Source: an uncultured virus (IMG/VR IMGVR_UViG_3300016471_000568) (Duplodnaviria > Heunggongvirae > Uroviricota > Caudoviricetes). From it: DNA of 64,000 nucleotides. Made by a program: the position numbers and the translations under genes. Below are positions 57,852 to 64,000 of this stretch, in pieces; the stretch's first letter is position 1, and each line of letters begins with the position of its first letter. The notes beneath the pieces were generated by a model. It saw only the letters and a list, made by a program, of their open reading frames with translations, was not told where the DNA came from and did not search any database. The stretch lies in IMG/VR virus record IMGVR_UViG_3300016471_000568; one strand, given 5' to 3'.

Positions 57852-59000
57852 ATGGCAAAATCAGACTTGTTAAAACAAGCGATTGCAGATGCTAAAACAG
57901 TTAAAGAAACTGCACTTGCAAATGCAAAAATTGCTTTACAAGAAGCATTTGCACCTAGACTCGAAAGAATGTTAGCTAACAAATTGAATTCCGAATTATC
58001 AGAAGAAGATGAAGAGTTAGATGCAGACGCAGAAACGATGGGCAATGATGAAATGGATGAACCTCAAGTTGGTGCTAAAACTACTAATGCGATGGCAATG
58101 GGAAACACAAAAAACTCTAGTAATATGCCTTCTAGTGTAAATGTAGGATTAGATTTCGATGCAGATGGTAATTGGGATTTGCAAGGTACTCTAGATGATG
58201 TAGAATTACCAGATGATGAAGATGATGAAGATGTTGAAACCGATGAAGATATGACCGCAGAATATAATGAAGGTATGAATGTGGGAATGTCAAATGACGA
58301 AGAAATGGGATTGGATGAAATTATTGCGGAATTAGAAGGAGATTTAGAATCAGCTGAAATGGCAAATGCGGATGATATGAATTCAACGGATCCAGTTGAA
58401 GAATCATATAAAAAGTTACGTTCATCGAATATTGGAAAAAAATCTAGAAAATTAACCGAAGCTGATGATGAAATGTATGAAGATGCTATAGCACCAGAAG
58501 ATGATTTAGATCCAGAAATTTCTGAAATTATCGAAGCTATTTTACGAGAAGAAGATGAAGAACTACAAATGCCGGATGCATCAAACATGTCAGAAGAAGA
58601 AAAAGACGAAATAATTGAAGAACTAGAAGATGAATTAACTTCAAAACAACAAGATCTTGCTGAAGCATACCGAACAGTTAAACATCTTCGATCAGTTATT
58701 AATGAAGTAAATCTTCTTAATGCTAAACTTCTTTACACCAACAAATTGTTTCGAAATTTTGAATTATCAGAAACACAAAAAATGAAAGTTATTGAAAATT
58801 TTGATAGAGCAGGTAATACGCGCGAAGCAAAATTAGTTTTTGCTACATTAGCAGAAAGTTTTAAACGACCACAACAGAAACGCGTAGTACGAGAGTCTTA
58901 TGCTTCTAAAGCAATAAGAACAACTGCGCCGACAACACAAGTTTTATCTGAAGGCTTTGAAATGGCTAACAGATGGAAAAAATTAGCAGGATTATTGTAA
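57852..59000 (+). CDS. prohead scaffolding protein
   Basis: highly acidic, many L/I-x-E sites, directly upstream of major capsid; AAGGAG RBS. Confidence 0.8.
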   Translation: MAKSDLLKQAIADAKTVKETALANAKIALQEAFAPRLERMLANKLNSELSEEDEELDADAETMGNDEMDEPQVGAKTTNAMAMGNTKNSSNMPSSVNVGLDFDADGNWDLQGTLDDVELPDDEDDEDVETDEDMTAEYNEGMNVGMSNDEEMGLDEIIAELEGDLESAEMANADDMNSTDPVEESYKKLRSSNIGKKSRKLTEADDEMYEDAIAPEDDLDPEISEIIEAILREEDEELQMPDASNMSEEEKDEIIEELEDELTSKQQDLAEAYRTVKHLRSVINEVNLLNAKLLYTNKLFRNFELSETQKMKVIENFDRAGNTREAKLVFATLAESFKRPQQKRVVRESYASKAIRTTAPTTQVLSEGFEMANRWKKLAGLL

Positions 59001-59024
59001 AACAAAAAAAAAACAAAGGAAATT

Positions 59025-60659
59025 ATGAGTATTTCAAACTTACTTCAAACTAACGACCTTGTTCAAAGAAACAATGCGAAAGCTTTAGCTTCAAAATGGG
59101 AAAGAACAGGTCTTCTAGAAGGTCTTCGAGGCGAGACCGAACGTGCCGGTATGGCTCAATTGCTTGAAAACCAAGCACGTCAATTAGTAAAAGAAGCTTC
59201 ACAAACGGGTACCGCACAAGGATCTGAAGAGTGGGCGGGTGTAGCACTTCCATTGGTACGACGTATCTTTGCTGAATTTGCTGCAAAAGAATTTGTTTCA
59301 GTCCAACCAATGAATTTACCATCAGGTCTTATATTTTATCTAGACTTTAAATATGGTACATCTCAACCTGGATTTGATGATGACAACAACAACAGAACAG
59401 GCGATCCATTTGGAAATCCTAATGCATTAGATTCAATGTTTGGTGTTACCACAACTGGTTCAGATGCAGCTGGTGGTCTTTATGGTGCAGGTCGATTTGG
59501 ATATTCAATTAATAATACCGCATCGGTTGTTAACTGGGGCGCAATTACAATTGGTAATGCAACATCTGCATCATTAAATTATGATAGTCAAGTACTTCCT
59601 TCGGATTATAAATTATTAACCATTCCGGTGCCTACTACTGCCGATTTATATGCAGTTCGTTCATTTACTTTATCTTCTGGTTCAACTGAATATGTACCGG
59701 TGCAACAATATTCATCTATTAATAGTAATTTTACTGCATCATTTATTATTACTTCAGCACAATCAGCTTCATTTGCTGGTACTTCTGGAAGTTTTACCGT
59801 AAACTTTAGCAAACAACCAACCGATATCACGCGTGGAGATTTTGAAGATAATAAAGGTGCATATGCAAATGGATACAATACTGATATTGATATTCCAGAA
59901 ATTAATCTTGAAATGCAATCTGAACCAATTGTTGCTAAAACTCGTAAATTAAAAGCAGTATGGACACCAGAATTTGCTCAAGATTTGAATGCATACCACT
60001 CAATTGATGCCGAAGCTGAATTGACTTCTATGTTATCGGAATATGTGTCAATGGAAATTGACCTTGAAATTCTTGATATGTTGATTGCAGCGGCTCCTAC
60101 AACTGAGTATTGGTCTGCATTAAACAATAACTTTTGGAACGGGTCTGGATTTACACAATCCGGCGCTGGAGCAGCTACTGCGGCAGGAGATGGATTCTAT
60201 AACACCCAAGGTGGTTGGTTCCAAACTTTAGGTACTAAATTGCAAAAAGTATCTAATAAAATTCACCAAAAAACATTGCGTGGCGGCGCTAACTTCTTAG
60301 TAACTTCACCTGCAGTTGCAACTATCCTAGAGTCTATTCCGGGATTTGCTGCCGATACAGATGGTAACAAAATGGAATTCGCTGCCGGCGTTCAAAAAAT
60401 TGGTGCAATCAATAATCGTTATACCGTATACAAAAATCCGTATATGAAAGAGAATGTAATTTTAATGGGCTTTAGAGGAAATCAGTTCCTTGAAACAGGT
60501 GCTGTATTTGCTCCTTATATTCCATTAATTATGACTCCGCTTGTGTACGATCCAGTAAACTTCACTCCGCGTAAAGGTGTCATGACACGTTATGCGAAAA
60601 AAGTAGTTCGTCCAGAATTCTACGGAAAAGTATACGTTCATGGTCTTAATATACTTTAA
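59025..60659 (+). CDS. major capsid protein (T4 gp23-like)
   Basis: LLENQ, PLVRR, VSVQPMNLPSGLIFYL, AKTRKLKAVWTPEFAQDL, FAPYIPL, GVMTRY. Confidence 0.96.
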   Translation: MSISNLLQTNDLVQRNNAKALASKWERTGLLEGLRGETERAGMAQLLENQARQLVKEASQTGTAQGSEEWAGVALPLVRRIFAEFAAKEFVSVQPMNLPSGLIFYLDFKYGTSQPGFDDDNNNRTGDPFGNPNALDSMFGVTTTGSDAAGGLYGAGRFGYSINNTASVVNWGAITIGNATSASLNYDSQVLPSDYKLLTIPVPTTADLYAVRSFTLSSGSTEYVPVQQYSSINSNFTASFIITSAQSASFAGTSGSFTVNFSKQPTDITRGDFEDNKGAYANGYNTDIDIPEINLEMQSEPIVAKTRKLKAVWTPEFAQDLNAYHSIDAEAELTSMLSEYVSMEIDLEILDMLIAAAPTTEYWSALNNNFWNGSGFTQSGAGAATAAGDGFYNTQGGWFQTLGTKLQKVSNKIHQKTLRGGANFLVTSPAVATILESIPGFAADTDGNKMEFAAGVQKIGAINNRYTVYKNPYMKENVILMGFRGNQFLETGAVFAPYIPLIMTPLVYDPVNFTPRKGVMTRYAKKVVRPEFYGKVYVHGLNIL

Positions 60660-60710
60660 TAGTTAACTTCGATTAGAATTAGCAATTAACGAATTAACTG
60701 ATTAAAAAAG

Positions 60711-60738
60711 AAAAGGGTGGCTTTGGTCACCCTTTTTT
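60711..60738 (+). terminator. intrinsic terminator after major capsid gene
   Basis: AAAAGGGTGGC-TTTG-GTCACCCTTTTTT. Confidence 0.85.
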
Positions 60739-60770
60739 ACTGTTTGTATATTTATATTAAAAAAGATATC

Positions 60771-61046
60771 ATGGCAGTAGAAAGAACTAAATACGAAATG
60801 TATGCCGAAATTCGATATGATGGACGGCTTATTGATGTATTAGATCGAATTAGAGCTATACGATTAGTTTTAATGGTTCACATTGAACAAGATCTAGGAC
60901 CAGATAGAGAATTAATTAAAATAAAAATTATGACTCCATATCCTGCACGTAAAACATTTTATGCAATACGTCAATTATGTTTAGGTAAAATTGAAACACT
61001 TAACGCAATGACATATCGCGAATCAACGCTTACTAAATTATCATAA
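60771..61046 (+). CDS. hypothetical protein
   Basis: ATG after late box at 60749; the track's upstream start lies inside the terminator. Confidence 0.7.
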   Translation: MAVERTKYEMYAEIRYDGRLIDVLDRIRAIRLVLMVHIEQDLGPDRELIKIKIMTPYPARKTFYAIRQLCLGKIETLNAMTYRESTLTKLS

Positions 61047-61062
61047 ATTATAAAGGCAAGTT

Positions 61063-61728
61063 ATGGCTACTCAAAATCGAGAAAAAACTCCACCCAAGAC
61101 TGATGTTAAATTTTCAATTACATTATCAGAAGAACAAAAACAAGCAAAAACAAAAATTTTACAAACTCCGTTTAATTTTATTTTAGGTAAAGCTGGATCT
61201 GGTAAAACTTTGTTAGCAGTACAAATTGCACTTGATATGTTTTTTAAACGACAAATTAATAAAATTATCATAACGCGTCCTACAGTTTCAAATGAAGATA
61301 ATGGGTTTTTACCTGGGTCGTTAGCAGAAAAAATGGATCCATGGTTAGTTCCATTACGTAGCAATATGCGAAAAGTATACGATAAACCTGATGTATTAGA
61401 CAAAATGGAACGTGAAGAAAATATTGAATTAGTTTCATTAGCACATTTCCGAGGTCGAACTTTTGATCAAGCAGTATGCATTGTAGATGAATTTCAAAAT
61501 TTAACCAAACAACAATTACAAATGGTGTTATCTCGTCTAGGAAAAGATAGCATCATGATACTAACAGGAGATCGATATCAAATTGATTTAAAATTCGGAA
61601 ATGATTCGGCAATTCATGAAGTACCAAAATTAACTAAATCAAAATATGTTAATGAAATTATATTATTAGATAATCATCGACATATAGCATTAGATGAAAT
61701 CTTAAAACTTCTAAACGAAACGTACTGA
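61063..61728 (+). CDS. phoH: PhoH-family ATPase
   Basis: GKAGSGKT, ITRP, GFLPG, RGRTF, VDEFQN, TGD..QIDL. Confidence 0.92.
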   Translation: MATQNREKTPPKTDVKFSITLSEEQKQAKTKILQTPFNFILGKAGSGKTLLAVQIALDMFFKRQINKIIITRPTVSNEDNGFLPGSLAEKMDPWLVPLRSNMRKVYDKPDVLDKMEREENIELVSLAHFRGRTFDQAVCIVDEFQNLTKQQLQMVLSRLGKDSIMILTGDRYQIDLKFGNDSAIHEVPKLTKSKYVNEIILLDNHRHIALDEILKLLNETY

Positions 61729-61754
61729 TATTTATATGAAAAAGGAATATAACA

Positions 61755-62981
61755 ATGGATTATTCAGAAAATCGCCCAATATGGCCAGGAAGTTCTTCGT
61801 TTATTCCTGGAAACACTCCATTTGGATTTTTTGATTCTGATTTAGTATTTCAACAGCATGTAGATAAATTTGCTAAAATGGCTGCACAAACTTTAGGATA
61901 TCCAATAATGGATGTCGAATTACGAGATGTAAATTTTTATACGGCATTTGAAGCTGCAGTTGTAGAATATTCAAATCAAGTTAATCAAGTTAATATTGTT
62001 AATAATTTATTTAATACTTTAGGAGTTAAAACAGGTTCGGATTTTTTAACGAATACTAGTTTAACTGATGCGTTAGTTGGAAATTCATTTGGATATGTAA
62101 CTAAATTATCAAAAACATATGGTTCGGAAGCAGATAGTGGAGGATCTATATCATGGAAACAAGCTCGTATTGATGTTATTCCAGGACAACAAACATATAA
62201 TATAATAACTGCAATATCAAAATCTTTGGGATTAGTATTAACATCAGGTTCAGTTGAAATTAAACGAGTACTTCATAATGCACCTCCAGCTATTGTGCGT
62301 TATTTTGATCCATTCGTTGGTACCGGATTAGGATCTCAACAACTTTTAGATGCATTTGATTTTGGAGGATTTTCTCCGTCTGTATCGTTTATGATGATGC
62401 CAATTCATGCAGATTTATTTAGATTACAAGCTATTGAATTTAATGATACTGTTAGAAAGTCTCAATATTCTTTTGAATTACATGGAGATGATATAAAATT
62501 ATGGCCAGTGCCAATAAAACCAACCGGGTCATCGGCAGCAACTCCATTTTTTGATAAAGTATACATAGAATTTACGTTGCAAGATGAAAAAACAAACGAA
62601 GGCGTTTTATTTGGCAATTCCGCACTTATGCGCGGCGTTGTAACGGACGCATCAAATATACCATATACATATCAAACATACAGTAGAATCAATGATATGG
62701 GGCGTTCTTGGATTTTTAAATACGGTATTGCTTTAGCTAAAGAGATGTTAGGATATATTCGAGGAAAATATTCTTCTGTTCCAATACCAAATGGAGAAGT
62801 AACACTTAATGGAAGTGATTTAACATCACAAGGACAAACAGAAAAAGGAGAATTAATTACACAACTTCGAGAATTTTTAGATAAAATGACTCGAGAACAA
62901 ATGATCACAAGACAAAATGCAGAGTCAACACAAATGAATGAAATGCTAGCAAAAGTTCCATTAAAAATATATCTAGGATAA
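61755..62981 (+). CDS. neck protein (T4 gp13-like head-tail adaptor)
   Basis: LGYPIMDVEL N-terminus; KY..ALAKEMLG.IRGKY...PNGEVTLNG. Confidence 0.75.
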   Translation: MDYSENRPIWPGSSSFIPGNTPFGFFDSDLVFQQHVDKFAKMAAQTLGYPIMDVELRDVNFYTAFEAAVVEYSNQVNQVNIVNNLFNTLGVKTGSDFLTNTSLTDALVGNSFGYVTKLSKTYGSEADSGGSISWKQARIDVIPGQQTYNIITAISKSLGLVLTSGSVEIKRVLHNAPPAIVRYFDPFVGTGLGSQQLLDAFDFGGFSPSVSFMMMPIHADLFRLQAIEFNDTVRKSQYSFELHGDDIKLWPVPIKPTGSSAATPFFDKVYIEFTLQDEKTNEGVLFGNSALMRGVVTDASNIPYTYQTYSRINDMGRSWIFKYGIALAKEMLGYIRGKYSSVPIPNGEVTLNGSDLTSQGQTEKGELITQLREFLDKMTREQMITRQNAESTQMNEMLAKVPLKIYLG

Positions 62982-62995
62982 AAGGAGAAAATATT

Positions 62996-63517
62996 ATGGC
63001 GCTGTTTGGAGGAATGCGAGATGCAAAATTTTTAGCATCTATTAATAGGGAATTAATAAATGCAATCGTAGATACAGAAATTGAATTTTTTAAATTAATA
63101 ATACAACAAAGTGATTCGAATCTATATGGAGAATCTGAACGAAAAATGTATTATGATTCTATTTTATTACCATGCATGATTACAAAAGAAAATAAAACAT
63201 CAAACATGGATGATTATGGTCATACTTATACAAGAACTGCACAATTTGCATTATCGCGCGACTTATTAGAACGAGCAAATTTTTATCCTGAAGTTGGAGA
63301 TATTATATTTTGGGACAATGAATACTATGAATTAGATAACGTTGATGCAAATCAATATTTTGTAGGAAAAAATCCTGAAACGTGGCCAAATGGTAACAGT
63401 CATGGATATAGTGTATCAATATTATGTGATGCACATGCAACGCATCAAACTGCAACCGGAATAACAAATACTAGAAACGGCGGCAATAATCGCTCTCCAG
63501 TTTACAAAGGATTATAA
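62996..63517 (+). CDS. neck/head-closure protein (gp14-like)
   Basis: NLYGES, PEVGDIIFW; synteny after gp13-like gene. Confidence 0.6.
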   Translation: MALFGGMRDAKFLASINRELINAIVDTEIEFFKLIIQQSDSNLYGESERKMYYDSILLPCMITKENKTSNMDDYGHTYTRTAQFALSRDLLERANFYPEVGDIIFWDNEYYELDNVDANQYFVGKNPETWPNGNSHGYSVSILCDAHATHQTATGITNTRNGGNNRSPVYKGL

Positions 63518-64000
63518 TGGCTAAAATAAATCGCCAAAATATTGATCGTAAAACAAATAAACCAGAACCTGTAAATCGAGAAGGTTTATTTGAAGAACCA
63601 TATTTGCAACGATCTAGTCAAATTCGACAAGATGATGATATTGTTCGATCTGCAAAACGAACTATATATGATATTGATTATGCAATTAAATGGTATATTG
63701 AAAACGAAATTCAACCACAAATAAAAGCAAATGATACGTTAATATCAGTACCAGTAATATTTTCAAATGGTGAAAAATGGGATAACGTTCGTAGACTGGG
63801 ATATCTTCGTGACGAAAAAGGTATGTTACAATCTCCATTAATCATGTTGAAACGAAATTCATTTTCCGAAAACGACGGCCAACGCACATTGAATGTTAAT
63901 AAAGATATTGCCGGAAATCAAATTATTTATCGTAGAAAATACAATAGTAGAAATCGATATGAAGATGAATTATTTCCAATACCATTGGCACAACCTGCAC
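63517..64000 (+). CDS. tail terminator/completion protein (gp15-like), truncated by window end
   Basis: open frame MAKINRQ...IDYAI...VPVIFSNGEKW...PLIMLKR running off the end. Confidence 0.55.
   Translation, partial: MAKINRQNIDRKTNKPEPVNREGLFEEPYLQRSSQIRQDDDIVRSAKRTIYDIDYAIKWYIENEIQPQIKANDTLISVPVIFSNGEKWDNVRRLGYLRDEKGMLQSPLIMLKRNSFSENDGQRTLNVNKDIAGNQIIYRRKYNSRNRYEDELFPIPLAQPA

Noticed and set aside
50765..60659. Inteins or introns in terminase, portal or capsid genes
   Set aside because: Frames are continuous with ordinary lengths and no splicing or homing-endonuclease motifs were seen.
1..64000. Stop-codon recoding and tRNA genes
   Set aside because: Standard code gives dense full-length genes, and no cloverleaf or T-loop pattern was seen in the intergenic gaps by eye; tRNAscan-SE would be decisive.

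Overview
This is a 64-kb segment of a large, AT-rich, T4-like (myovirus-type) phage. It is read in standard genetic code and almost all genes are on the + strand. The host is most plausibly Bacteroidota, inferred from bS21, DUF4494-like and short Hc1-like genes. The window holds (i) an accessory region at 1-19 kb with a G-run tract, GNAT, 4-domain peptidoglycan hydrolase, Dps-like, Hc1-like, methyltransferase, UvsE, HD hydrolase and gp55-like sigma factor; (ii) a baseplate/tail-fibre module at 19-37 kb; (iii) a kinase, T7-endoI-like resolvase, primase and fused Mre11-Rad50 at 37-44 kb; and (iv) a head module with terminase, portal, prohead protease, bS21, scaffold, major capsid, PhoH and neck proteins at 50-64 kb. 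Two orientation-specific promoter classes are readable by eye: a TATTTAT(A/T) late-type box and TTGGAW-N17-TAnnnT. The most unusual structure is at 9.9-14.7 kb, which holds the only convincing minus-strand genes in the window. It is a tandem of convergent cassettes, each pairing a signal-peptide CAP-like gene with late gene(s) carrying a shared ENMLRF-x-x-KNL leader, separated by an identical 49-bp divergent-promoter repeat. Family assignments come from motif recognition only; no searches were run.
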